A DNA stretch of 64,000 bases from Octopus sinensis (taxonomy: Eukaryota). Below the pieces are notes generated by a model, which was not told the origin of the DNA, did not search any database, and was given only the letters and a program-made list of their open reading frames with translations. Made by a program: the position numbers and the translations under genes. Location of the stretch: positions 2,666,001 through 2,730,000 of the forward strand of contig NC_043019.1 of NCBI RefSeq assembly GCF_006345805.1, in the 5' to 3' direction. Of this stretch, positions 36,096 to 49,689 are shown piece by piece; the stretch's first letter is position 1, and the number at the start of each line of letters is the position of its first letter.

Positions 36096-37076
36096 GGTAC
36101 TGTAAATTTAGGGTGAATACTTGATAAGTATATGCCAGATTGTGGCAGAGGTGAGAGAGAATATATCAAAGGATATCGCAGTACATGTGTTTCAAGCTTT
36201 ATATCAATAATACACTGATGTAAGAACGGATTGTTTATAAAGCTTGAAACACGTGTACCGCGATATCCTTTGTGTTCTGGTTTTAATTTTATTTGATATC
36301 TATCTATCTATCTATATATATATATATATATATATATGCATAGCTGTTCCCTCACATTCCAGATTTCATCCTCAAGATATTCTCATCACCCATCACCTCT
36401 CTTACTGACTATTCTTTTGTTGTAATTAAATGTGAACAGAAGTGCATATTTCAGCTGTCCTCTCCACTCACAGTTTGCATTGATCTTTCTCCTCTCTGAC
36501 ATTTTTATCTCCCATTTCCTACTTACTATGCCTCTCCCAGTGTCTTACAACCTGCCCAACCCATGTCTTTTCCTTCTTACTTTCACCCATCCTCTCTCTT
36601 TCCTTCCCTTGCCTATTCTATCATCATCATCATAATGAGCTGGCAGAATCTTTAGTTGAACTGCACCCCTTCTGGCTCTTTACATTTTTAGCTTAATTTT
36701 TGCTGGGGTCAACTTTGTCTTTTATCTTTCCAAGGTGGACTATTCCAGTCCCTTCCTTCTCACTTTAATCTGTCACCAATTGGCAGAAAGCCACCTCGTT
36801 GCCAATTGTAGCCCCACTTACTCAAAGTTGATCTTAGTCTTACAAGCTGTATGGTGATCATATTAGTGCTTGTTCAAAAAAATGAAGAACACTGTATACT
36901 CTATAATGCATTTAGTGTTAGGAAGGGAATCAAAGTTTAGAAACTATGGCAAAAGAAACTTCAGAGCATTGCAGTCTTTGGACCAATCTGATGTTAAACT
37001 GTCCAGCCTGTAACAGCATGGAACATAGACTTTAAATGATGATGATGATGATAATGTGTGTGAGTGTGTATATATC

Positions 37077-37250
37077 ATCATCATCGTTTAACGTCCGCCT
37101 TCCATGCTAGCATGGGTTGGACGATTTTGACTGAGGGCTGGCGAACGAGACGGCCGCACCAGGCTCCAATCTTGATCTGGCAGAGTTTCTACAGCTGGAT
37201 GCCCTTCCAAATGCCAACCACTCTGAGAGTGTACATGCCACCAGCACAGG
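37077..37250 (-). mobile_element. SINE/LINE-tail family C with (GAT)n tail (also ~23035-23165 +, 36940-37050 +, 39633-39800 -, 49226-49500 -, 58875-59060 -)
   Basis: Shared gttggc-ttaggaagggcatccagctgtagaaactctgccagatc...catgctagcatggaa...gatgatgat sequence. Confidence 0.8.
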
Positions 37251-37360
37251 GCCAATATATATATATATATATATAAAAATGTATAAGGGTTGATACACAG
37301 AGAGGTGACCCTTGACAGGACGCCTTACATGCTAGAAAGGGCAGCCAAACCCAAACCATG

Positions 37361-37427
37361 ATAAAAAGTAATTCTGAAGAGAATCGAAACAAAAATTATT
37401 GAAAATAGGTTGTCTATTGACTTTTAT
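37361..37427 (+). ncRNA. Putative minimal type-I hammerhead ribozyme
   Basis: CUGAAGA 37374-80, 1-bp helix II, GAAA 37386-89, helix III ACAA/UUGU, GUC cleavage triplet 37412-14, helix I aaaagt-aat / att(g)actttt. Confidence 0.6.
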
Positions 37428-37491
37428 TACGCATGCTAACCACTGGTATGAACATTTTTTTCTAAATTTTCTATCCTTATAATTTTATAAG

Positions 37492-37532
<41 letters not shown>

Positions 37533-38219
37533 ACATGTATGTATGTATAAATGTGTGTGTGTATACATTCATATGTGTATGTATATGATAAGTCTTTAGT
37601 GTAAGTCGCACAGCTATGAGTAAATAAATTGCAGCCAGATTTTGTTTCTGGTCAGCACATTTGTTTTGAAATTACTTTTTGATTGGTGATTTGCTTTCCT
37701 GTAAATAACTGTTTGTTGGCTATGAAAATATCTCAACTGTTCTTTGATTTATATAATCCATCTTGTACTTTGAGAGTACACTCTGACGCTTCTTTTGTAT
37801 CCTTCATCTCATTCCTGCTGGAATAGCTATGTATCTCCTCTGCAGCAAGACACCTATTCCTGTCCTTCGGTTGTACTTTAAACTTCTCAACACCTGGTAC
37901 ACAGCCACTTTCCTTTGTACTGCATCTCTACTCAGTCAAGCAGTTTTTTTCTTGTAAGTTACTTGATGGTGCCACGAAAAATACACCTGGTACTCTCTGT
38001 AAAGTGGTGGGCATTAGGGAGGGCATCCAGTCATACAAACTTTGCCAAAGCAGATATTGGAGTCCAACATAGCCCTTTGAGTTACTGATATATATATATA
38101 TATATATATATTATATTAAATTAGAGATAAAACCACTAATTTAATATAATATAATATTTTACTATAAAATTGGATTCAATCCTAAATCTGATTTTTCCCT
38201 GTAAGTTTGGATTTATTCC

Positions 38220-38256
<37 letters not shown>

Positions 38257-38928
38257 TAGCCCTTTGAGTTGCTGAATATAGATGTTGAATGAGGATGATA
38301 AGATATCATTATCATTAGTTTATTGTTTACTTTTCCAAGTTTGCAGGAGTCAGACAGAATTTGTTGAAGCAGATTTTCTATGGTGAGATGCCTTTCCTAT
38401 TGCCAAATCCCACTTTATTATTGTTCACTGATATTTTTTCCTATCTTGTCTGTAATGGATTTGTGACTATTCAGTGGTACAGAAGTATTTTTTGACTTCT
38501 ATCATGAGCGATATAGGTACTCATGTAGTACCCTTGTGTATATATGTACATATCTAATATTGTATGTATATATTTTATTGATTTGCCTGTACGGCTAATA
38601 ATTCGCTTACCACTTGTGATGGTATTTTAATAATGCCATCCCTATATTTATATATATATATATCATTTACCAATTCTTCCTTAGCATTAAGATTTTCTCT
38701 TACACATGTAATCGCCTCTGGCTTATATACTCATAACGATGCAATACTAATTCCCATTCTCTCTTGTCATTAGTTTCCAATTGTTTTCCTGCAAATTTTT
38801 CCACCATCTTCTCTGCAAAAAAAAGAAAAAATGTCGACATGTGCTTTTCACCTCTGTTTCTTTTAAACTATAACTTTCCTACAAATAGAACATATTCTGT
38901 TTTTCCTTGTATATTTATTTCTAAATTA

Positions 38929-40180
38929 TTTAATAATAATAATAATCCTTTCTGGTAAAGGCACAAGGCCTGAATTTTGCAGGGAGTGGGACAGTCGATC
39001 ACATCGACCCCAGTACTTGTCTGGTACTTAATTTATTAACCCCGAAAGGATGAAAGGCAAAGCTGACTTCAGCAGAATTTGAGCTCAGAACATGAAGATG
39101 GACAAAATAACACTAAGCTTTTTGCCCGGCATGCTAATGCTTCTGCCAGCTCACCACCTTAATAATAATAATAATAATAATAATAATGATAATCAGGTTT
39201 TTCTAATTTTGGTACAAGGTCAGAAATTGAGAGGAGGGGCATCATGTCAATTACGTTGACTCCAGAACTTGATTGGTACTTGTTTTATCAACCCCCAAAA
39301 AGGGTGAAAGTCAAAACTAACCTCGTAGGATTTGAACTCAGTTTTTAATGAGTTGGAAGAAATACCACAAAGCATTTCTTCTGATGTTCCAACAGTTTTG
39401 CCAGCTCACTGCCATAATAATAATAATATAATAATAATAATAATAACTATAATAATCCTTTCAACTATAGGTATGGGGCTTGAAATTTTGTGGGAGGGAG
39501 TTAGTGCTCAGCTGGTTCTTATTTTCATCAACTCCAGCAGTATTTGAACTCAGAATGTACAGACAAATGAAATGTCGCAATGTATTTTGTCAGGGGTGCC
39601 AATGATTCTGCCCGTCCACCATATCATCTTCAATTAATGTCCATATTCCATACTGGCATGGGTTCGACAGTTTGACTGGGCTGCCACGCTGGAAGGCTGT
39701 ACCAGGCTCCAGTCTGATTTGGCATGGTTTTCTATGGCTGGATGCTCTTCCTCATGCCAACCATTCTGAGAGTGTAATGGATAAAAATGTGCCATCAGCA
39801 TGGGTGCCATTTGTGTGACCCCGGTATCTGCCTTGACTGTGATTTTGCTCCGCTTGATGGGTCTTCCTCTCAAGCACAACATAATGCCAAAGGTCTTGGT
39901 CATTAGCTCCCTGAGGCCCAACACTCAAAAGGAACTCGGCCACTTTGCCTCCATGAGCCCCCACTCCTCCTCCTAATAATAATAATAATATTCCTTTTGA
40001 ATATAAGCGCACAGCCTGAAATTTGGAGGCAGGGATAGTTAATTACATCACCCCCAGAACACAGCTGGTACTTATTTTATCAACCTCAAAAGTAAAGTCA
40101 ACCTCAATGGAATTTGAACTCAGAACAGATGAAATATTGCTAAGTATTTTGCCCAACGTGCTAAAGATTCTGCCAGCTGG
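38929..40180 (-). mobile_element. Cluster of four SINE B copies, each with an (ATT)n tail, plus one family C copy
   Basis: (AAT)n runs at ~38930, 39160, 39415 and 39975, each followed by reverse-complement SINE B. Confidence 0.8.
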
Positions 40181-43100
40181 TTGAAATGATGAAGATGTTG
40201 ATTATGAAGGATGGTTTTCATAATGGATATATTGAGATTTTTCTCTTCTATACCTGTTGTAGTGTCGTGGTTGTGAAATCTTACAAAATCTAAATTAACA
40301 AATCACTTATCTTGAAATAGTTATCTTAAATATCATTCGACGTTAATGTTATTGCCTAAGTTTCTTCATCCTTATGAGAAAGTTGATTTAAAACCCATTC
40401 AATGAAAATCAAAGAAAATATTACAGCTTTCAATAAAATATCGAGAATATTTTTTTTAATGGAGTGATAGTTTTACAGAGAACTATTGGATATGTTTAAA
40501 GCCATTCTTTATACACTCAGAAAAGCACTTTATTATTTCTTGAGATTAAGTTTGTATTTTCATTCAACCAGAAATTATCGGAACATATTAAATGTTATGC
40601 TTCAGTGAAGTTTACGTCAAGTCTTTGTTTTTTTGATCAGAGGAAAATTTCTATTCTAAATCTAATAAAATCCAAGAAAGTAAGCCATCGTGTTTTCGTT
40701 ATGAACTAAATGAATAAAAACAACAGCTTTCTGCCAACAAAATATATCATCTCTTCACTATTTTTTGTTTCCTCTGTGTCAAACCAAAATTTGGATTGAT
40801 GGAAACCTGCATAAATTTACTCACTTTCTTTTAGACATTTCTGTATGCATTTTGATATGATTAATAGTTCAGATGACAAAAAAAAATATTGCCGTTGTGA
40901 AATTAACCAATTTTACTGCATAAAGATATAACTGGACTGTTTCTATTAATAAATTGCAGTGGTTTGCATGTTCCCGGCTTCATTCTTGTATATCATGTTT
41001 ACTTCATGTTTACCCCATGTGATTACCTCATGTTTCACCCATTTCTCTGCTTCTCATCATAGAGTGTAGGCAAATAATTCTGGATTGCTTTTGGTCTTGC
41101 TATCAGTTGAAAAAAATGTTGTTCGTTATTGTTTTGGTAATTGAATTGTCTTGGTACAATATTGCTATTTGATATTAATATGCTTTGTGGTTCCATTTCT
41201 GTCAGTTAATAAAGTTGCTATATAATTCTGACTCTTTCTTTTTAGATTAGAAAATAATATATATTGTTCGCAGTTTACATTTTTGCTGAAAGTAATTATG
41301 AAAATTTATCCTGCAAAATGATAACAATATTCAGTATTTAAAAAAAATTTTTTATATTCATCATTTCTGATATCTAATTAAAATAATTGACCTAATTATC
41401 TATTTTTCTGTCATTAATTGGTAGACGTTACACAATGACTCAAGAGCTGAGTGTTTCTTGCATTGGCACTCATTAAATTCTAAACCTAAATATTCATTAT
41501 TATTTACTGCTGAATAGTTTTTTATCTTCAATGTTGAAACATATATGAATGGTATTTTATGAATATTTAACTCAGTTGTATCATCTTCTAGTATATTTCT
41601 TTAAGTATATTGCCATTTACTGGTTTCAACTTGGCTGCTTTACATTGTCATTTTTTGTTTTCTTTTTTTTTTAAACATAATAAATGTGTCTTGTGCTTGA
41701 TTTCAGCTGAATATCTTATATTCTGAAATATTTTTCCCTTGCATGCGGAAAAATGATACTGGCAACACTAGACTGAAACAAAGCCATTCTCAACTTGTAT
41801 TTTCAATAATATTGAACAGGAATATAATGTACAGCAGTAGTAATATAACATATCTGATGATAATATTCACTTTGCAGGAAGACACCACCACCACCACACC
41901 ACAACTAGTATTTAATTTGTTTTTCTTTTTCCTTTATAGGGGGGATATATTTCTATAAATAAAATAAACACAACAGTATCAGACTTACCCTCTGAGCTGT
42001 AAAAGTGCCAATACATAGCTGAAATAGTAAATATTCTTCATAAATTGTTTTGGATTATTTTATCTCTCTATCTATAAAGTTACTGGGCCTGAATCTATTT
42101 ACATTGATTGTACAGAAAGCCAGACAAAGCCGATCATAACCTTTCGTCTCATGGGGTTATGGACATCATATTTATAAATAATAAGGAAAATACTGAGTAA
42201 TTAAGCTGCAATTAAGACTCATAGAAATATATTAGTACTTTTGATTACCATCTTTAGAACATTAGTATTACATTTTGACTATAATCTATGAAGTGTCGTT
42301 TTCCTATATTATTTACATCAACCTTCATTAATTCTGATCACGTCTCGTTACATTTTGAAATTTCTTAATTCAATATTTTAGAAATACTAGAAATCTGTTT
42401 CTAACATCTACTATTTCACCTAAATAAGAAACTTTATTCATATAAACTATCATTGTTTTAGCTTCTGGCATTGTTAGGTTAATAGCTTGCCTAACAAACA
42501 TTTAGCTGTAGATATCGGGTTATCGTATGGCAGAAAATAATGCATAAATTGAACAGGAATTCTGTTTATGTATGTCAAATAAAAATTGAAGATCAAAATA
42601 TGCAATATAAATTATAATAATTTTGAAATAATAAACCAACTTTCAGATTCTATGCATTTAAGTGCTATTACAGAAGAGAAAAAAACCTCCCTTCAAACTA
42701 CATAACTCTGTTAGAACTAAATCGATTCCATTAGCATTTCATTTAATGGACTGAAATTTGTCTATTCCCAAACATTTTGAGCTGTTTTTCAGTATATATA
42801 TATATATATAGCAATAATAAGAACAAAAAGCAAAATAAAACCTACACTATACTGTTAAGGCTTCTGTTGGTGATAGTATCCATACAGATGTATATTTTTT
42901 TTCTGTTATTCATATTTTTGTTACTTCATGATAGAAGCTGTCATAAGCTAACACCATAACTATGAACAAATCTTTTTTTTGCTACTTAGAATTTTATCTT
43001 TGAACATAGCATACACACACACACACACACACACACCACACACACACATTCACAATATATAGAATACAAATCAGTTTCAATTATTAGCATTAGGAACTTA

Positions 43101-43802
43101 CCAGGGTTATAACCAAATTTTGATATTAAGATTTTGAGAATTAAGATGAAGGTTGTAAAATATTAAACAATTATCTGAAATGAGTGTTTCTTTGAAGAGT
43201 TGCTAATCCCGGCTTTCTTCACTCACATAAATTTAGAGTATTTTATTGAACAATTTATAACTAAGTTCTTTAGCAGAATCACATCAAACACATATTTTAG
43301 CTTTGCAGTTGATTCATATAATATCTAAGTATATTTCAAAATATTTTTCACACCAGCATTTCACTGTATATTTTTGATCATATGCCATGCTACAAACAAC
43401 AAATGCACCTTGTTATTATAGTGTGTACATGTATGTATGAACTCTCATACAATGGTTGATATAAGATGAAAGATCTTAGATAAAAGCCAAATGTTCATGT
43501 TTTATTGCTACTGCACAAATTCATTTTAATATGTTGGCTTATTGATTAAGCAAACCTACGATGAAAGGCATTGTTGCCATGACCATCCTGTCTTGTTGTT
43601 TAGGGGTACTATAGTGTTTAATGAGTCCTTCCTTTTGTAAGACATTAGAGTGTCATTCAAGGGAGATTCCGTTTCACTTTCTAGCAGTTTAAGTGACCCA
43701 ATAGAAGCTACTTTGTTAGCATTATATAGCATGCTAATTAGAATGTATAATTACTATACAGTGATTATATTGAAGTAAATAAAGTGGCATTTGTATAACC
43801 AA

Positions 43803-44383
43803 AGGTGTGGCTGTGTGGTAAGAAATTTGCTTCCCAGCCACATAGGTCAGGGTTCACTTCCTTGCATGGCACCTTGGACAAATGTATTCTAATATAGCCT
43901 CAGGCAGACCAAAGCTTTGCGAGTGGATTTGGTAGACAGAAGGGAACTGAAGCTTATCATGTGTGTGTGTAGTAAGAAGCTACAGGCACAGGCATGGCTG
44001 CAGCAGGATAAGAAGCTTGCATCCCAGTCACATGGTTCTGGGTTCACTCCCACTGCCTGGCACCTTGGGACGTGTCTTCTTCTATAACCTCAGGCCAACC
44101 AAAGCCTCGTGATTTGGTAGGCAGAAACTGAAAGAAGCCCATTATGTATATATATATATATATATGCGTGTGTGTGTCTGTGTTTGTCCCCTCCCCCGCC
44201 TCTTGACAGCTGATTTTGGTGTGTCTATATCCCTGTAACCTAGTGTTTCAACAAAAGAGTTCAATAGAATTAGTGCCAGGATTAAAAAATAAGTCTTGGG
44301 GTCAATGAATTCAACTAAAAAATTTTCAAGGTGGTGCCCCACCCGGTATGTCAATATTCAAAGGACTGAAACAAAAGATAAAA
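43803..44383 (+). mobile_element. Two SINE A copies (head-only 43803-43970; fuller 43985-44383)
   Basis: Family A head, core and tail motifs. Confidence 0.8.
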
Positions 44384-44744
44384 TATATATCCTTGCTATT
44401 ATGTTAAACTGTCGTATGTCCAAATTTGGCCAAATATGTTTCTTTTCAGGATTTATTTTTGCTTGCAATAGCCAGTTCTTTTCATCAAACTATTGTATCT
44501 CCAGCTGCTTCAGATGCCCGGCTATTTTTTCGTTTTCTGAAAAAGCAGCATTTTGGACTTATGACACCTTTGCATACTAGCAATGATATGTATTTCGTTT
44601 TTGGATTTGGTTTGCAAGGTTCTTTATATGAGTTTGTGTGTTGAAGCATATTCTGTTGTGTCTGGGGAGAGTCATTTTCTTTTTGTGCCTTATAATATAA
44701 CACACTCACCGGTAAAATTTCCACTTTTTTCTTATTTTTATTCC

Positions 44745-45095
44745 CCTAAAATGAGTAAAGGTGGTTCATCACAGTTTTTTTTTTTATCACAATCCATCTG
44801 CTGCACCAATTCTCCGGTTGTTTGATATGGATTTTCATGAAGAAATTGATTCAATTGCTCTTTATCGAACTCAGTTGGTCAACCAGTGTGTGATCGATCC
44901 TTGAGGTCAAAGTTCCTATTTTTGAAGCACAAAAACCAAGGGCAGACAGTACTTTGAGACATTGCTTATTCTCCATACGCAACACAAATCTCATGAGCAG
45001 CTTCAGCGGCCTTAACACCATGTTTAAATACAAAAAGTAAATAGTGTTGAAAAATGCTGTTTTGTCCACTTGACATTCCATTTTAATGATCTTGA
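44745..45095 (-). mobile_element. Mariner transposase relic (N-terminal HTH region)
   Basis: Minus-strand translation MECQVDK...FKHGVKAAEAAHEICVAYGE*AMSQSTVCPWFLCFKNRNFDLKDRSHTG*PTEFDKEQLNQFLHENP matches mariner AAEAAR.I...YGE...W F..FK.G.FDL.D..RSGRP; stops and frameshifts present. Confidence 0.85.
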
Positions 45096-46045
45096 AAATA
45101 CACAAAAAAATCAATAAAATTAAAAAATCAAAACACTATCTTATAGAGCAAAAAAATTCTCTTTTAAATAACATAAAACATTTTTTCAGTGCATTTTATT
45201 TCTATGTGCATTTTTAAGTTTGAAAAAAAAAAATCCTCATGAATTATTCCTCAACCCAATATACAATATACAAAATATTTTAACAACTTTTAGATACAAT
45301 TCTTAATATTATTTAATTATAAAGGACATAATAGGATTTTTTAAACATGGAGTGGTTATGAGAGTCCACTCAAGTAAAATAGGAATCACAGGGGTCTAGT
45401 GGCAAAAAATGGATACCACTACATTCTCAAAGTTTCACTCACACCACAAGACCCATTTCAATGCACATGGAATATACATCTCCAAACTTTCCATTTGTAA
45501 TGACAAAATATGAACTCCAGTCGGAATTTATATACCACATACAAGAAGCATTTCTACCACATTTACACACCACTTTCCTTGGATAATGGAACTGAAACTA
45601 TAACATCCTACACATATTTTTACTTTTACTTTTATGCTCTTATTTCCTTTTATATTTCTTATTTCCACCCTTTTCCAAATAGCTCCTTATACTGAACTAT
45701 ACTATTTTCCCTCTATTTAACCATCTCACATCATCTCTGATTAAAGGATATCCCTAATATCCCAGAAACAGCTGTAAGGCTAACTTTCTCTTTATAAACG
45801 TCCTGAAAATTTCACCACTATTTAAAGCATAACTTTAGTTCTTAAGTTGACTCTATAGTTGCCAAGTGTTTGATATCCTGTTTTAATTTACTGTGGTCTT
45901 CAGTGAAATACACATAAAGTGCTTTATAATGAAATAGTTTAGAAAAACATGTTTGTTTTTATAATGACTGAAAGGTGCAGTTATCTTCAGGAGACATAAC
46001 TTGAATGCTTTTGATAGAGGATCCTGCTGAAGGTATATTAGGGCC

Positions 46046-46280
46046 AAGGTGGCTAACTAGCAGAAACATTAGCACGCCAGGCAAAATGCTTAGCGGTATT
46101 TCATCTGCCGCTACGTTCTGAATTCAAATTCCGCCGAGGTCGACTTTGCCTTTCATCCTTTCGGGGTCGATGAAATAAGTAACAGATATGCACTGGGGTC
46201 GATATAATCGATTTAATCCATTTGTCTGTCCTTGTTTGTCCCCTCTGTGTTTAGCCTCTTGTGGGTAGTAAAGAAATAGG
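46046..46280 (+). mobile_element. SINE family B, near full length
   Basis: Head, B box, core and GTAAAGAAATAGG tail. Confidence 0.88.
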
Positions 46281-46623
46281 TATCTAAGGGCCAAGTCAAA
46301 CCTGGCAATGGATTAAGTCCAAGAAAAGAAATAACTTTCTCAATAGATTTCCATAAATTCTGTCAACCAAATTTCACTCACAAGGCTTTGGTAAACTTGA
46401 GGCTATGTGTGAAGACAAATGCCCAAGTCAAATGGTAGAACTGAACTTGAAACCATGTAGTAGAATAGTTAACTTCTTATCCGCACAGCCTTACTTACTT
46501 TCACCCAATGCACACATATATACATAAATACAATGTGCTCCGATGACATACAAGACTAATGTCACATATTCCTATCTATATATACAACATACACTTAATA
46601 TTCATTCCACAGCACAACCCCAT

Positions 46624-46669
<46 letters not shown>

Positions 46670-46877
46670 TAAATGGAAGATAAAAGATATGAAAATTTTT
46701 ATTAATCACGACATGTCATGTGTGTATGTGTATACATATATATATATGTGTGAGTGTGTGTGTATGTGTGTGTATATATATATATATATATCAAGGGTTG
46801 AATTGAAAAATTTGATGTAAACAGAATGGAAAATTCACAAAAACAAATGAAAACGTGTATATATACATATCTGTGTA

Positions 46878-46928
<51 letters not shown>

Positions 46929-47680
46929 ACATTGTATAACAATTGACTATATGTCAGAAAATCTACAATGTAATTTATGAGCATTTTTTTATTTTTTGTC
47001 TTCCAATAAAATTCCAAGAAATTAAAACTTAGTTAAAGGCTGTCTGTGTTGATGTTATGTATTAATAGTTACAATCTATTACAACTTGAACAATTTTTAG
47101 TTTCCTTCAGGCTGAGCTTTATTAAAATTCTTTTTTTATATAAATAAACTTTCCTTTGTCTGTCAAAACAATAATTGACTCGTCTGAATATATCAACATG
47201 TCTTATGAATAGGGTTTATTGATTCAGAAAATAGCCATAGTCGGACACTAAATCTGATTCACTCATGTCTGAATACCTCTATTCTTTCTCTATTTAAATT
47301 AAAAACATCAGAAAGTTTTTCACAGCATTAATGTTTTCTCAGTGGAATATTATTAAAATATTTATTCATAGGTTTTTCTTCCTTCGTAAAATTAGTTACA
47401 ATCTGTACACAATGCAATAGATCTTCAACAATTGAATACAGCCAGATTAATATTGTTTTTCTTGCTCTGTGAAAATGTTCTACTTTGCAGCTGGACATTT
47501 TCGTTTATTGGTCTAAAGTTTATAAGTGAATTTATGTACTGCAATAGAACTGCTATTATATAGAATTTCTTACAAATTAACAACTAGTATTTTAACAAAA
47601 TCCGAATTAAATTCCTTTTTCGAAGTGACAATTTGAAATTGAAACAGGGTACACTGACTGGCAGATTGCAGACTTCTGTT

Positions 47681-48262
47681 TGTTTGTTTGTTTGTTGAGT
47701 GAAACGGTCTTCGTCCCAGAGCATGCCTCGGGAGAAGTCTGAAACGTGGTCCTTTGCTATTCGTAAGACCCGCAGAAGAGAAAGCAGGTCAACCCCCGAC
47801 ACCGAGAGCATCGCCGGGGCGAAAGAATACAACAAGTTGGGGCGAAAGAATACAACAGGGGTCACCACCACCCCCTGCCGGATCCTCGTGGCGCTTTGGG
47901 TGTTTTCGCTCAATACATACATACATACAACGCCCGGTCTGGGAATCAAATTCTGTTGCTGTTGAACGAAGCGGTCTCCATCCTCTTGGGAGAAGTCTGA
48001 AACGTGGCCCTTTGCTATTCGTAAGAACCGCAGAAGAGAAAGCAGGTCAACCCCCGACACCGAGAGCATCGACGGATGGATGAATACGCATCCAGGCTCA
48101 GTGGTTGCGTAGGAAGTCGGGGACAAGAAACAGGAAGAAAGAGTGAGAGAAAGTTGGGGCGAAAGAGTACAACAGGGGTTGCCACCACCCCCTGCCGGAG
48201 CCTTGTGGAGCTTTAGGTGTTTTCGCTCAATAAACACACATAATGCCCGGTCTGGGAGCAAA
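47681..48262 (-). mobile_element. Tandem dimer of a GC-rich, young SINE family D with (CAAA)n tail
   Basis: Two copies (~47697-47947, ~47963-48260) sharing gggagaagtctgaaacgtgg...caacccccgacaccgagagcatc; both truncated at the B-box-like attcccagaccgggc / ctcccagaccgggc. Confidence 0.75.
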
Positions 48263-48577
48263 CTTCTGTTTATTGCTTGTCAGGCAGGTGACAATGATAG
48301 TAATTACATTTTAGGCTCATAACGCCTTTTAGTAGCTTGAGAATGAAGATTGAATTTATTAAAAAAATTTTTTTTCATTTAACATTTAACAACTCATCAA
48401 ACTTAATCTCGTGTCCCAAACTGCTAACACATATATTCACACTCATTTTATATTAATAATCAGCAAAAGTTACATAGTAACTCAAAAGTTATGAGTTTCA
48501 GCCATTGGCACTTACTAATAAAGGAATGTCTATATGCTCATGTTTTAGTTCTATTTTCCTGTATATATCACCATGCT

Positions 48578-48633
<56 letters not shown>

Positions 48634-49689
48634 CATTCATACATACATACACATATATATGTATATACATTAATATCAAACAATGAGAATGAGTGCTCAA
48701 CACTACATTGGTGGATAAATATTCTTTATTTGCAGGTTAGTGAGGCTACCAACAGTTTCATGTGAGAGATTCTTTACAGTTGTTGAAGCATATCACATGA
48801 GAATGTTGGTACTAATCTCCAGTTTGGATGAGAATGCATGCGTGCACACACACACATTCACACACATATTTGTTGAGCTTCTCCATATTCATTACTCCTT
48901 TTTGTCATTTTCTTCCGTTTTTTTTTTTTTTGCTGCCAGACATTACTCTCCCATCCCCTTGTCCTTTATTGACATCCACCACTTTTACTGTAAGTCATCT
49001 TTATGGCTTTCCACCACCCATCCAACCTTATTGCTGTCTCATCATATCACACATGCTACTTTCATTATTCAGTCACCTTACCAGTATATATATCTTTCAC
49101 TGTCTACTTTAATATTACTCTCTCCTGTGCCTTCGTCTTACTACTATCACAGTTTTCCTCCTTTACATTTGTATTTCTACTTGCTCTTCCTTCACCCAGC
49201 TGGTCGTCAATCATCTATTCACATTCATCATCATCATCATCATCGTTTAATGTCCACTTTCCATGCTAGCATGGGTTGGACGAATGACTGAGGACTGGCG
49301 AACCAGATGGCTGCACCAGGCTTCAATCTTGATCTGGCAGAGTTTCTACAGCTGGATGCCCTTCCTAACGCCAACCACTCCGAGAGTGTAGTGGGTGCTT
49401 TTACATGCCACCAGCACAGGACCAGTCAGGCGGTACTGGCAACAACCTCGCTTGAATCTTTTACACATGCCACTGGCACAGGTGCCAGTAAGGCAATCAT
49501 ACTTGCCAAGCACAGACACAATGTAGAGAGGACTCTTGCAAAGGTAAAAAGCAACCTCTCTAGTGCTGGTGCCATAATAAAATGCAACCAGAACACTGCA
49601 AATTGGTTGGTAATAGGAAAAGCATCTAACTATAGAAACCATGCCAAAATGTAATGCTTGAGTGAGATGGAGAGGCAGGAGAGTCTTTT

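Noticed and set aside
41878-41915. ttcactttgcAG followed by an EDTTTTTPQ-like stretch
   Set aside because: An ACC microsatellite with no convincing donor; could be chance.
48721-48741. tttatttgcAG|GTTAGT second recursive-site candidate
   Set aside because: Part of a dispersed repeat (homolog near 35880-35945 lacks the motif) and a weaker donor.
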